Shown in pieces: positions 1 to 8,209 of a stretch of 50,614 nucleotides of DNA. Below the pieces are notes generated by a model, which ran no database searches, had not been told where the DNA came from, and saw nothing but the letters and a program-made list of their open reading frames with translations. Source of the DNA: a virus; the IMG/VR virus record IMGVR_UViG_3300031992_000143, positions 1 through 50,614 of that record. One strand, 5' to 3'. How positions within the stretch are numbered: the first letter of the stretch is position 1; every line of letters starts with the position of its first letter. The translations under genes and the position numbers were made by a program.

Positions 1-127
1 AGATATTCGTGTCGGAACTCCAAACGATGCAGAATTTCTTTGCGCTTTCGACCCATGCGGCAACGGCGGTAATCTTGGCAGCCGTGTCAACCATGGCGGG
101 ATCGACAACGAGGCCATACCAGGAGTT
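1..127. repeat. terminal direct repeat, copy 1 (identical to 50488..50614); most likely the assembly overlap of a circular or circularly permuted genome
   Basis: Bases 1-127 (agatattcgtgtcgg...ccataccaggagtt) recur base for base at 50488-50614. The repeat lies inside the tail sheath coding sequence. Confidence 0.95.
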
Positions 128-466
128 ATCTTCGTCGCAAATAGCGTTCAGGGACGCGGCAACGGATTCATCGTTGGAATCGGCTCGGCCCACTACGATG
201 CGGTTCACGGTCGGGTTCTGCGAGAAGATAGCGTTTGCCATCTTGTAAACGGCGCCTTCGGTACTCCATCCATCATCGGCAAGAGCCTTCGGGGAATTGT
301 AAGACCTGGCGCGGGTAAATGTGGACGGGTATCCACTCGGCGTTGATCCAGAGTTGTCGTTTTCGGCGGCAAAAGTGGAAAGGATAAGTGGAACATTAAA
401 GGCGGCAACGGACACCGAGGTCGTCTGCCTTGTAATGTTGATATTCACGATGTCTTTAAGTGCCAT
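1..466 (-). CDS. contractile tail sheath protein (DUF3383-like), N-terminal part; continues at 50487..49856 after circularisation
   Basis: Absent from the ORF track because it has no stop inside the window. ATG at 466-464 with GGAGG 7 nt upstream (RC of 474-478). Translation starts MALKDIVNINITRQTTSVSVAAFNVPLIL. Its last residues (AMVDTAAKITAVAAWVESAKKFCIVWSSDTNI) are the first residues of ORF 49856..50581. 466 + 632 nt = 1098 nt, in frame. Lies directly upstream of the tube gene. Confidence 0.75.
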   Translation of the reverse strand, partial: MALKDIVNINITRQTTSVSVAAFNVPLILSTFAAENDNSGSTPSGYPSTFTRARSYNSPKALADDGWSTEGAVYKMANAIFSQNPTVNRIVVGRADSNDESVAASLNAICDEDNSWYGLVVDPAMVDTAAKITAVAAWVESAKKFCIVWSSDTNI

Positions 467-477
467 TTTTAGGCCTC

Positions 478-1122
478 CTATGTTGCAACTGTAAATTCAT
501 TGTAAAGTTCTTCGCTCTGCACGATATTCTGCTGCGCATCCACGACAATATCGTCCTCGTCGTCGATGGTTCCGAAAGTCTTGACCTGCGAGATTTCCAC
601 GCTCTCGATAGTGAGTGTGCTTCCCTCATAGGCTCGAGTCCACGACATTGTAAGCGTCAAGAGCGATTCCTTGCGCCATTGCGCCTGTTGCATGGACGGC
701 ATTTCTTGCGGCCCTTCCGCCTTCAATACGGAAAGTCCCGCATCGTTCAAAAGATACTGATACTCCGGGCTATCGAGCGATTCCAGGAGCTGCATCAACA
801 AATCGCCGTCACCCTCGACTTCCCTAATTTCGACCGTTCCACGATAAACAAAAACGCGCGGGGACGGCAAGTCAGGGCGGTTGTCAATCATGCGCGAGGC
901 GTTGGATCCCGCGAGGTTCCAGCTCCCGGCGTAATTGATACAGATAAACGTTCCCTTGACGCTCGCCATGTCCTGATGGCTCTTTACCACCTTCACCTTC
1001 TTGGGCAACACGGCGGTGGCCCATCTGTAAATGGCGTTCCAGAGTTCGGCGGCGGTCTTCGCGTTCGTGACGGTTTGCGCCGTAGGCGTTGCGGGCGTTT
1101 GCGTTGCGTTATTGTTCGGCAT
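478..1122 (-). CDS. virion protein, putative neck/tail-terminator protein (function inferred from position only)
   Basis: ORF 478..1200 trimmed to ATG 1122, which has GGAGGG upstream and a 14-nt overlap with the preceding gene. It is the last gene before the sheath. Confidence 0.65.
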   Translation of the reverse strand: MPNNNATQTPATPTAQTVTNAKTAAELWNAIYRWATAVLPKKVKVVKSHQDMASVKGTFICINYAGSWNLAGSNASRMIDNRPDLPSPRVFVYRGTVEIREVEGDGDLLMQLLESLDSPEYQYLLNDAGLSVLKAEGPQEMPSMQQAQWRKESLLTLTMSWTRAYEGSTLTIESVEISQVKTFGTIDDEDDIVVDAQQNIVQSEELYNEFTVAT

Positions 1123-1513
1123 CTTCGCCCTCCGTCGTTTCCCCGTCGTTTTCTTCCTGGTCTTCTTCGTCCTCGTCGCCGTCGTTGAACAATGCGGCAA
1201 TATACTTGTAATGGTTGATTAGGTCGTTCGCAAAAACGAGTTCGCGAATAATCTCCCATTTTCGACCGGCCCAAATGACAATATCGCCCGGAGTGTTGGA
1301 GCCTTCCACGCTCACGGAAAGCGGCGTATTCGAGTAGACTTTCATCAATCCGATGTCGCGGCGACCTTCGGGCAGGAATTGCAGTTCCTTACCCGTCAGC
1401 GGTTGAACGGAGCCGGTGAAGGTTCCGTCCGTCTCGCTAAATTCCCAAACCCCGTTCACGAGTTCAGCGGTGCGGTGCTTGTAGCTTATGGTGCGGGGGA
1501 AAAGCGTACTCAT
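1109..1513 (-). CDS. head-tail joining (head-closure-like) protein with a poly-acidic C-terminal tail
   Basis: 134-aa ORF with ATGA overlap to the upstream gene. The motif SVQPLTGKELQFLPEGRR...IVIWAGRKWEI resembles head-closure proteins. The tail is NDGDEDEEDQEENDGETTEGEDAEQ. Confidence 0.6.
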   Translation of the reverse strand: MSTLFPRTISYKHRTAELVNGVWEFSETDGTFTGSVQPLTGKELQFLPEGRRDIGLMKVYSNTPLSVSVEGSNTPGDIVIWAGRKWEIIRELVFANDLINHYKYIAALFNDGDEDEEDQEENDGETTEGEDAEQ

Positions 1514-2028
1514 ATCTTCGCCACCTTGAACTTGATAGATTGACGAAGAAGGCCCGTTTTTCCTTCCAACGGGTGAGAGCTTTTCTTGCCTTCCACATAG
1601 AACGGCTTGCCTGAAACGTGGTTACGCATCCAGCCGCCGTCAATGGTAATTTGTGCGTTACCCTCGAAAGAACCCTTGGTAAAGATTTCTTTCATGGCGA
1701 GTTCGTAGGTGCCACCGAGCTTCTTTATAGCGTCCAAGGCGGTCGTGTATCCGTTGGATATGGCCTTCAATAGCTTTCTACTTAAGCCCATCATGCGCTT
1801 TTCGTTGCGCTGTCTCGTCTGCTTCATCCACGGACGGGGCTTAAGATGGTTTACTTCGCTACCCTTTTCCAGGATGTAGCCGATAGCGGCAAGACCTATA
1901 TTAGCGTCTTCATGCTGTTTTGAATCGCTGGGTATACCGACCAAGGCCACAAGTTTTTTAGCGGCCTTAAGCTCGCGTTCAATCTTGGCCTTGCCTAAAT
2001 CCTTTGTCTTGAAAATAACGGACATCAT
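1510..2028 (-). CDS. virion morphogenesis / head-tail completion protein (putative)
   Basis: ORF 1510..2046 trimmed to ATG 2028 (ATGATG, overlapping the stop of 2025..2438). Lies in the neck module. Confidence 0.6.
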   Translation of the reverse strand: MMSVIFKTKDLGKAKIERELKAAKKLVALVGIPSDSKQHEDANIGLAAIGYILEKGSEVNHLKPRPWMKQTRQRNEKRMMGLSRKLLKAISNGYTTALDAIKKLGGTYELAMKEIFTKGSFEGNAQITIDGGWMRNHVSGKPFYVEGKKSSHPLEGKTGLLRQSIKFKVAKI

Positions 2029-2438
2029 CGCCCCCTGCCGCCACACACGCCAAAGAAGGGCTTGCAGCCCTTGCGGAGCGAAATAAGCATGAGGCCCCAG
2101 CGGGTCTGCGAAAGTTCCGCGTCGCCAAGATTACCGGCGGAAGCGGAAACGGCACCGGCACCGTATGAAACGGACAGGTCGCCCTCGCGCTTGGAAGTAA
2201 TGGAACCCGTGGAACCGCCCTCGGCGTTGCCGGAGCCAGCCCCAAGAGTTCCAGAACCCAATAGGAAAGCGATATGGGCAGCCATGAGCGCGACGGCGTG
2301 GTTGTACTTCACGCCGTAAAATTCGCGGTCGGTGCGTTCCTTTGCCATTTCGATAAATACATCAAGAGACGGGTCCTGCAACAATGCGGGAGCCACGGCC
2401 TGAATGTACTGCTCAATGGACAAAGGATTTACGCTCAT
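2025..2438 (-). CDS. head-tail adaptor, DUF4054-like
   Basis: 137-aa ORF. The pattern AVALMAAHIAFL...GSITSKREGDLSVSYG...LSQTRWG matches the DUF4054 connector pattern from memory. Lies downstream of the capsid gene. Confidence 0.55.
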   Translation of the reverse strand: MSVNPLSIEQYIQAVAPALLQDPSLDVFIEMAKERTDREFYGVKYNHAVALMAAHIAFLLGSGTLGAGSGNAEGGSTGSITSKREGDLSVSYGAGAVSASAGNLGDAELSQTRWGLMLISLRKGCKPFFGVCGGRGR

Positions 2439-2457
2439 GATTCTTTAGCCCTTGTGA

Positions 2458-2838
2458 TTACTTGGATTCGCGTTCTTCGAGTTCTTTCGCAATCTTGTTC
2501 TTGCGATTCATTCCCTTGGCTCGCACGGATTCCTTGGTGGAAGCCGCCACAAACTTGTCTGCCTGGGCCTCGGACTGGATTTCTTCGACAACGGCATCGA
2601 TCTTGTCGTTCGGGATTTCGTCGGGCTTGCAGGGTTCTTCGATTTCCTTGCCGTCCTTCTTGGTGGTCTTGTAAATGGGAACCACCACGCCGGATTTAAT
2701 CTTGGCGTCAAGGGTCTTCTTGGCGTCTTCCCAGACGGAATCTTCGATTACGTTGATACCGGGTTCGAGCTTAAGCTTCTGCTTTCCCTCGCCCAGTTCG
2801 ACGATCATCATGTTTGCGACTTTGTAATTTACCAGCAT
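2458..2838 (-). CDS. hypothetical head-module protein
   Basis: 126-aa ORF with AGGAG upstream of ATG 2838. Sits between the capsid terminators and the adaptor gene. Confidence 0.7.
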   Translation of the reverse strand: MLVNYKVANMMIVELGEGKQKLKLEPGINVIEDSVWEDAKKTLDAKIKSGVVVPIYKTTKKDGKEIEEPCKPDEIPNDKIDAVVEEIQSEAQADKFVAASTKESVRAKGMNRKNKIAKELEERESK

Positions 2839-2875
2839 AATATTATCTCCTGTCAGATAATAGCCCGTCGTTTAT

Positions 2876-2912
2876 GAAAAAAGGGCGTAGGGCCGGGCAT
2901 GACCCTACACCC
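2876..2912 (-). terminator. rho-independent terminator (second of a tandem pair after the capsid gene)
   Basis: On the minus strand: GGGTGTAGGGT-catgcccgg-CCCTACGCCC followed by TTTTTT (plus-strand A run 2877-2882). Confidence 0.6.
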
Positions 2913-2916
2913 AATG

Positions 2917-2970
2917 AAAAAAAGGTCGGCATACTATTTGCGTCTTTTTGGGGACGCTCCCCGTATGCCG
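2917..2970 (-). terminator. rho-independent terminator (first after the capsid gene)
   Basis: On the minus strand: CGGCATAC...GTATGCCG (2963-2970 pairs with 2927-2934) followed by accTTTTTTT (plus-strand A run 2917-2923). Confidence 0.6.
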
Positions 2971-2995
2971 GGGGTGTCTCTTCACAGGAGACTTA

Positions 2996-3922
2996 TTACA
3001 GACCGTCACAGAACACAACGGACATCGGGTAGTAAACCAGAGTACCGCCGGTGGACTGAATACACGGAATGTCGTAAACCATACCCGTCAACTGCGGGGG
3101 CATCTGTTCGAAACGCTGCGGAATCTGCACTTCGACCTTCAACGGGTCGCGGGCGTAGGCCACAACGCGGGAGGCACCACCTGCACCAGCCGTGGCGAGG
3201 TCGGTCACCCAGTCGATGCGCGTAATCTGCGGGTAGTTCTCGCGGATGAAGCCCATGATGGTCTTGTCGCGGTTCGCACCATACGGCGTAGTCATGAGCT
3301 TGTTGTACAGCGAAAGCGGCAGGATCACGGTGTCCGGCTGTTCGATGCCGTTGGTGGATTCCGGGCCAGCGGTGATAAGGCCAGCGAAATCGGCAACGAT
3401 TTCGTCGGCGGTCTTGTTGGCCCATGCCTTCGAAGTGCCACCGGCGTTGTTTGCGGCGACGTATTCGGAAATGCCCGGAGCGTTCCAGAAACCAGGAAGG
3501 CCGGACTTTGCGTCACCCTTCCATGCGATAGAATCCTGCTTTTCGTCGATGGCACGGCGGCAAGCTTCGGCACGCTTGGTGTCGAGGGACACACCGGCCT
3601 TCTGGGCGCGGCGAATTTCCTTGACGGAATATCCGTAGGAGGAACCGATGTCCTTCACGGGGCTGGAGTGTTCCACACCGGCAATGTCAGCACGCGGGAA
3701 GTCATTTGCATAGTCCGCAATGATCTTCGCCATGCCCACCTTGTCGTAAGAACGCCAGATGATGTGGGTTGCGCCCGGATCCTGTTCGGTGGACACCGGG
3801 AGAAGGGAGAGGGCCTTGAGGGCCTTGTGTTCGACATCGTAGGTGCGGCTCTTGACAAGAGCGAGCTGGTTGTCAAAGAACACCTGTTCGTCGGCGTCGA
3901 GTCTCATATTCTGTTCAGCCAT
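2996..3922 (-). CDS. major capsid protein (DUF2184-like, HK97-fold class)
   Basis: ORF 2996..3967 trimmed to ATG 3922 with AAGGAG about 9 nt upstream. 308 aa, starting MAEQNMRLDADEQVFFDNQLALVKSRTYDVEHK. Follows the protease/scaffold and decoration genes and is followed by tandem terminators. Confidence 0.85.
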   Translation of the reverse strand: MAEQNMRLDADEQVFFDNQLALVKSRTYDVEHKALKALSLLPVSTEQDPGATHIIWRSYDKVGMAKIIADYANDFPRADIAGVEHSSPVKDIGSSYGYSVKEIRRAQKAGVSLDTKRAEACRRAIDEKQDSIAWKGDAKSGLPGFWNAPGISEYVAANNAGGTSKAWANKTADEIVADFAGLITAGPESTNGIEQPDTVILPLSLYNKLMTTPYGANRDKTIMGFIRENYPQITRIDWVTDLATAGAGGASRVVAYARDPLKVEVQIPQRFEQMPPQLTGMVYDIPCIQSTGGTLVYYPMSVVFCDGL

Positions 3923-3938
3923 TTTGAAAATCTCCTTA

Positions 3939-4673
3939 TTAGCCGAGGTCCACAATGACCAGGTCATTTGCAGCTTCAGCGGTGGAACGTGCGAACCAGC
4001 CCGGGTTCAGGACAACATCGGAGCCGGAAGTACCGTTTGCAACGGTCACGGTCTGCGTGCCGTCGTTGGTGGTGCCAGTCACGGCGATGTCGTTGGCGGC
4101 GACACCCTTTTCCTTTGCGGTGAGGGTAACAACGGCAGAAGCGACGCTTGCGACAAACGGGATGTCGAGGGCGGCGAGCTCGGCCTTAAGTGCGGCAGCA
4201 ACATCGGCGGCGGCCTTCACATCGTCGGTGGTGTTCACCTGGGCGACCTTGTCACCGACAACGACGGTAACGACCTTGCTTGCTGCTGACGTGCCGGCAA
4301 CGGTAATCGTCACGGTGCGCTTTGCGCCGGCGGCGGCGGAAGTCTTTGCGACGATCTTGCCGGTGGATGCGTTCACGGACACTTCGGCGTCGGCGGAGAC
4401 AGCCTCACCGGCGGTGCCGAAAATCTTGCCGGTGCGGCAAACGTTGACGGCTTCGCCATCTACGTATTCGGGAGTGTCGAGGGCGGTGCGTGCGGCGATA
4501 CCGAGCAGGGCGCCTTCGCCCTTTGCGGTCACCTGTTCGCCATCGCCAGTGCCAAAGCAAAGACCACCGAACGGAACGGCGCCCTTCGCGAGACGGGAAT
4601 CAATCTGGTGAGTAACTTCGAGGCCAACCAGTTCGCCCGGCAGGCCCTTGTCCATATTACCATAAGCAGCCAT
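3939..4673 (-). CDS. head decoration/cement protein, DUF2190-like with an inserted Ala/Thr/Val-rich repeat domain
   Basis: 244-aa ORF with GGAGG upstream of ATG 4673. The N- and C-terminal segments (LGIAARTAL...GEAVNVCRTGKIF) resemble DUF2190. Lies between the scaffold and capsid genes. Confidence 0.6.
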   Translation of the reverse strand: MAAYGNMDKGLPGELVGLEVTHQIDSRLAKGAVPFGGLCFGTGDGEQVTAKGEGALLGIAARTALDTPEYVDGEAVNVCRTGKIFGTAGEAVSADAEVSVNASTGKIVAKTSAAAGAKRTVTITVAGTSAASKVVTVVVGDKVAQVNTTDDVKAAADVAAALKAELAALDIPFVASVASAVVTLTAKEKGVAANDIAVTGTTNDGTQTVTVANGTSGSDVVLNPGWFARSTAEAANDLVIVDLG

Positions 4674-4675
4674 GA

Positions 4676-5893
4676 TTAGGCCTCCTTGTTCTTGTTGAAA
4701 TCGTCCTTCCAGGCGTTGTCCATGCGTTCGTTGTAACGCTTCTGCGCTTCATCGAGGCGGGCCTGGTTGGAAATCGGTTGTTTGTTCTGGGGAGGAATAT
4801 CTGCGGCGTCGCCACGGCTACCGGCTTCTTTCTGCATAGCGATGGTTTCGCAAGCGCAATCGAAGCGGGCGTCAATGTAGGCTTCATCCTTGCCATCGAG
4901 CTTGGCGGACGGGAAAACCTTTTCAATGACGGCCTTCTTGATGTCGGCATCGGCCATGTCGGCCTTTACTTCAACGCCGGCGGCGGTTGCCTTGCCAACG
5001 ATGTCGAGACGGGCCTTCACGGCGGCGTCAATGCGGGACGGCATGTCGGTTTCGGCCTTGTCGAGGCGTTCCTTGTAGGAGTCGCGTTCGCCTTCGGCTG
5101 CGGAAATCTTGGCGTTCAGCTTTTCGGCTTCGGCCTTGGAATCCTTGCGGAGCTGTTCAAGTTCCTTTTCGAGGCCATCGGCGCGATCGACTGCCTTGTG
5201 ATAGGCGGCAATTACCTGGGGCTCCGCCTGGTAGTCAGCCCCGTCCAAGTGAATCTTATCCATCTTGTCCTCGTTTTGGTTGTTGTTTACTTCATACTTG
5301 TTCATGTCGGGGAGTGTAGGCGTTCCTGCGGCGTCCATACGGATAGAGTTGCCGTCACCGGCGCGTGGAACTGGAACCAAGGCAACATGGTTGTAACGAA
5401 TATTACGTTGGATGCAGTCATACTTCATGCCCATCCACGTTCCGCTAGTCCAGTCAATGTCGCAAGTGTAGCCGCAAGAAAGCGAGCGTGCGGTGCCGTT
5501 TTCCACGGCGTCGATGCCGTCCTTCTTGGTCGCGGCCAGCGAAACGTAGACGCGGTAAGAATCGGTCGTTACATCCGAACCGACGGAGCCGACTTGCAGT
5601 GCCTCGATATTTTCTGGCGTGACGGCTTCTTCGGGGTGCAAAAGTGTCAAAGGCTTAAGGCGTAGCGAGGCGAGCGAATCGGCGTTGAATACTTCTTCGG
5701 GCAAGCGGAGCTCGCGGCGTTCGGAGCCGTCCGGGTTGCGGTAAGAAAAAACACCGATTGAAGTCACGGGCGCACGGGCCACAAGGAACCCCTCGGCTGT
5801 CTTTTCGGCGGGCGAGGTGGCGTAATCGATGGCGTCTTCGTACCAGTCGAGGCGGCTTTGGGCCGCTAAAATCTTGTCCTTCTTATCCATCAT
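4676..5893 (-). CDS. prohead protease/scaffolding fusion protein (DUF2213-like N-terminus, coiled-coil C-terminus)
   Basis: 405-aa ORF. The motifs GVFSYRNPDGSERRELRLPEEVF...LKPLTLLHPEE...SCGYTCD match the DUF2213 pattern. The C-terminal half is Ala/Glu/Lys-rich coiled coil. Confidence 0.7.
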   Translation of the reverse strand: MMDKKDKILAAQSRLDWYEDAIDYATSPAEKTAEGFLVARAPVTSIGVFSYRNPDGSERRELRLPEEVFNADSLASLRLKPLTLLHPEEAVTPENIEALQVGSVGSDVTTDSYRVYVSLAATKKDGIDAVENGTARSLSCGYTCDIDWTSGTWMGMKYDCIQRNIRYNHVALVPVPRAGDGNSIRMDAAGTPTLPDMNKYEVNNNQNEDKMDKIHLDGADYQAEPQVIAAYHKAVDRADGLEKELEQLRKDSKAEAEKLNAKISAAEGERDSYKERLDKAETDMPSRIDAAVKARLDIVGKATAAGVEVKADMADADIKKAVIEKVFPSAKLDGKDEAYIDARFDCACETIAMQKEAGSRGDAADIPPQNKQPISNQARLDEAQKRYNERMDNAWKDDFNKNKEA

Positions 5894-5943
5894 GACCTAA
5901 ATATAATAAAAAAATAACAAAATAATAACAAAATTTTTTACAA

Positions 5944-5985
5944 AAATTCCACAAACCAGGGGACGGAATCTAAAAATCGTCCCCT
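5944..5985 (-). terminator. possible terminator hairpin after the small acidic gene
   Basis: Minus strand: AGGGGACG-loop-CGTCCCCT (5978-5985 pairs with 5958-5965). The T run starts about 8 nt downstream, so the call is weak. Confidence 0.35.
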
Positions 5986-5997
5986 ACGGGGTCTAAT

Positions 5998-6240
5998 TTA
6001 CTGGATTTCGTCTTCCGAGTATTCGACTTCTTCGAGCAAGTCGGCAAGAGGATCGTCCATCGGAAAATCCTTGACGGCCTCCAGAACATCCTCGTCGGAA
6101 ACTTCGTCCTTGAACTTGAAGTCCACGCCGTCACGGCTCAAGACGACCGCTTCGACCCAGCGATTATATACTATTGAATAGCCCTTTAGAAGGCAATAGT
6201 CTTCAAGTTCGATTGATTCGATCAACTTTTCGGTTGTCAT
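5998..6240 (-). CDS. small highly acidic protein (candidate partner/inhibitor of the MuF C-terminal metallopeptidase, or a DNA mimic)
   Basis: 80-aa ORF starting 2 nt after the MuF stop. Very rich in D/E (DEVSDEDVLEAVKDFPMDDPLADLLEEVEYSEDEIQ). Confidence 0.7.
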   Translation of the reverse strand: MTTEKLIESIELEDYCLLKGYSIVYNRWVEAVVLSRDGVDFKFKDEVSDEDVLEAVKDFPMDDPLADLLEEVEYSEDEIQ

Positions 6241-6241
6241 T

Positions 6242-8188
6242 TTATCGCGCCTCCTTTATCAGGTCCAGGACAAAATCCCGTGAAGTGGGTAGATATTTTT
6301 CGAGAAGCTCCCTGCCGTTGTCGTTCGGGCTCGACAACATTTCGAGAATTTCGGCAAAAGCCTCCACCGACTTGTTCGTTTCGCCGTCCCGTCCTCTCCA
6401 GTATCGGGAGCCGTGGCCCAGGTTGCCGAAAAAGTTTTCTTTCCCGGTCCCGGCCTCGAACATATCCGAGAACGCGCCGAACACGGAATCTTCGTCCCCG
6501 CCCTTCTTCGTTTCATTGACAAGGTCCGTAAGCGTCTTGCTGAACTTGTCGATGGTCGTGAGGTTGGCCGGATTCTCGTAGCGTTCTATGCGGTTCAAGA
6601 CATATTCCGAGACGATGTTGGTTTTCCAGTTTACAAGGGCCTCGAACATTTCGCGGTTTTCGATGGTGCCTAGAATAGCCATGGTCTTTCTGTGCGTCTC
6701 GATGTCGTTCACCTTTCCCATGGCGGCCCTTATCCAGTCGTAGCGTTGCGATCCTTCGGCCTTCAAGGCTTCGGCAATTGCAACCCTGCTTTCGTTCGGT
6801 ATCGACTTGACAAGGCCATTGATTGTGTCGAGCCGTTCGGCCTTTACCGCCGTAACAACGGGGTCTATGAGTTCGTCCCTTACGATTTCGCCAAGATTCC
6901 TGTTGCCGAACTTTGCCGACTTCAAGGTAGACGCGTAAACGGCGCCCTTGCTTCGCCCTATCTTCCGGTCTATGGCGTGGCCCACCTCGTGCACGATGTC
7001 GCCGCCAGTGGCCCCGGCTTTCTTGATCTTGACTTCAAGGAAAAAAGAACCGAAGGCGCTCCTGGACGAGCTTTTGAGTTCACGCACGAAAGACAGAAAA
7101 GTGTTCGAGTAGGCAAGCTGCGATTCGCCGTCGAGCCTCTTTATTCGCGAGAAGGCGTCACTCTTTACGCGGTTCGGAATCTTCGAAGATTCGGGGAACT
7201 TCGCGGACAATGAGTTTAAAAATTCCTTTTCGCTTGCAAAGATTCCAACGTTCTCTGCGATCGGTTCGGGTTCGGTCGTTGTAGGCGGCTCCACTTCTTC
7301 GGGTACGGACGGCAAATCGGAGCCCTCGACGCCTTCGAGTTCGTTCCAGTTCGGGACGGCCACGCAACGGCACATAATAGCCATTCCTGGGTGGAAGTAC
7401 GGGGCGTCACCGGTGCGTTTCACCCATTCGCCGTTTTCGAGCCACACGGTCGGATCGTCCCAGCGGCAAATCTTGCCCTGCATGACAAAATGAGACGGCA
7501 ACGCCTTCGGATATAGGCCGCTGGGGTCGCCCCTGACGCGTTCATCCTGGGCCGTGTCCCAGATGTACGTTTCCATTCCCGCATCTGTCATGCGCCCCTG
7601 CGTAAGCGAGGAATTGAGCTTTGCGGTCTGGTCGCGTGCGATGATACGGGCGCGGCGGTAGCTTATGCCCGGTAGGTCGGCATTGATCAGGGCCGTTACT
7701 TCCTTTGCGCTCTTGCCAACCTTCACGCCGTCGCGGATTCTTCGGGCCACCGTGTCTAGCATATCCTGCGTGGCCTTTGTGATAAGCGTCACCTGTTCGC
7801 GAGACCATGTTTCGAGGACATTCTTTAGCCACGGCTCGTCTTCCGCGAAAGCCTCGCCAATTGCGATCTTCTTAAATGCGTTCAGTTCGCGGCGGTTAAA
7901 TTCGGAAAGCGACTTCGAAACGCTGACGATTGCACCGAGGGCGGGGCCGTTCGTTCCCGGAACGGGCTCCAGGTCTTCCAGGGCGTCCACGCGCGGCACC
8001 ATCATGGGTACGGCGATTTTCGCGTATTCCTTCCACCTTTTCGAAATGAAGCGGTTTATGGCCGCTGCATATTGCCGTTCAAGCGAAAGCGGGTACTTCC
8101 ATTTTAGGCCCTTAAGTCGGCGCAACTTGACTTTAGTCATGCCGCCCGCCCGCTTAAGGTCGTTAATAAACTTGCTCGTAGGAATCAT
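6242..8188 (-). CDS. MuF/SPP1 gp7-like minor head protein fused to a C-terminal HExxH metallopeptidase-like domain
   Basis: 648 aa. MuF motifs: ISYRRARIIARDQTAKLNSSL...YIWDTAQDERVR...HPGMAIMCRCV. Then a Pro/Glu/Thr linker and about 330 further residues containing HEVGH (cac gag gtg ggc cac, RC of 6977-6991) and a later EAFAE motif. Confidence 0.85.
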   Translation of the reverse strand: MIPTSKFINDLKRAGGMTKVKLRRLKGLKWKYPLSLERQYAAAINRFISKRWKEYAKIAVPMMVPRVDALEDLEPVPGTNGPALGAIVSVSKSLSEFNRRELNAFKKIAIGEAFAEDEPWLKNVLETWSREQVTLITKATQDMLDTVARRIRDGVKVGKSAKEVTALINADLPGISYRRARIIARDQTAKLNSSLTQGRMTDAGMETYIWDTAQDERVRGDPSGLYPKALPSHFVMQGKICRWDDPTVWLENGEWVKRTGDAPYFHPGMAIMCRCVAVPNWNELEGVEGSDLPSVPEEVEPPTTTEPEPIAENVGIFASEKEFLNSLSAKFPESSKIPNRVKSDAFSRIKRLDGESQLAYSNTFLSFVRELKSSSRSAFGSFFLEVKIKKAGATGGDIVHEVGHAIDRKIGRSKGAVYASTLKSAKFGNRNLGEIVRDELIDPVVTAVKAERLDTINGLVKSIPNESRVAIAEALKAEGSQRYDWIRAAMGKVNDIETHRKTMAILGTIENREMFEALVNWKTNIVSEYVLNRIERYENPANLTTIDKFSKTLTDLVNETKKGGDEDSVFGAFSDMFEAGTGKENFFGNLGHGSRYWRGRDGETNKSVEAFAEILEMLSSPNDNGRELLEKYLPTSRDFVLDLIKEAR

Positions 8189-8209
8189 CTATATCATTCC
8201 CCCGTTAGG

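Noticed and set aside
1-127. Physical direct terminal repeats of the virion DNA
   Set aside because: The repeat bisects the sheath coding sequence, and its 127-nt length is typical of an assembler overlap. It is treated as a circularisation artefact unless read-start analysis says otherwise.
2948-3958. 336-aa plus-strand ORF (also 3246..3638 and 2899..3225) overlapping the major capsid gene
   Set aside because: It is antisense shadow of a well-supported, RBS-equipped minus-strand gene. It has a Gly/Val/Arg/His-rich composition, no RBS, and breaks the co-directional operon.
3955-4611. 218-aa plus-strand ORF antisense to the decoration gene
   Set aside because: It is a shadow ORF generated by the Ala/Thr/Val-rich GC-biased codons of the minus-strand gene. 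It has no start context.
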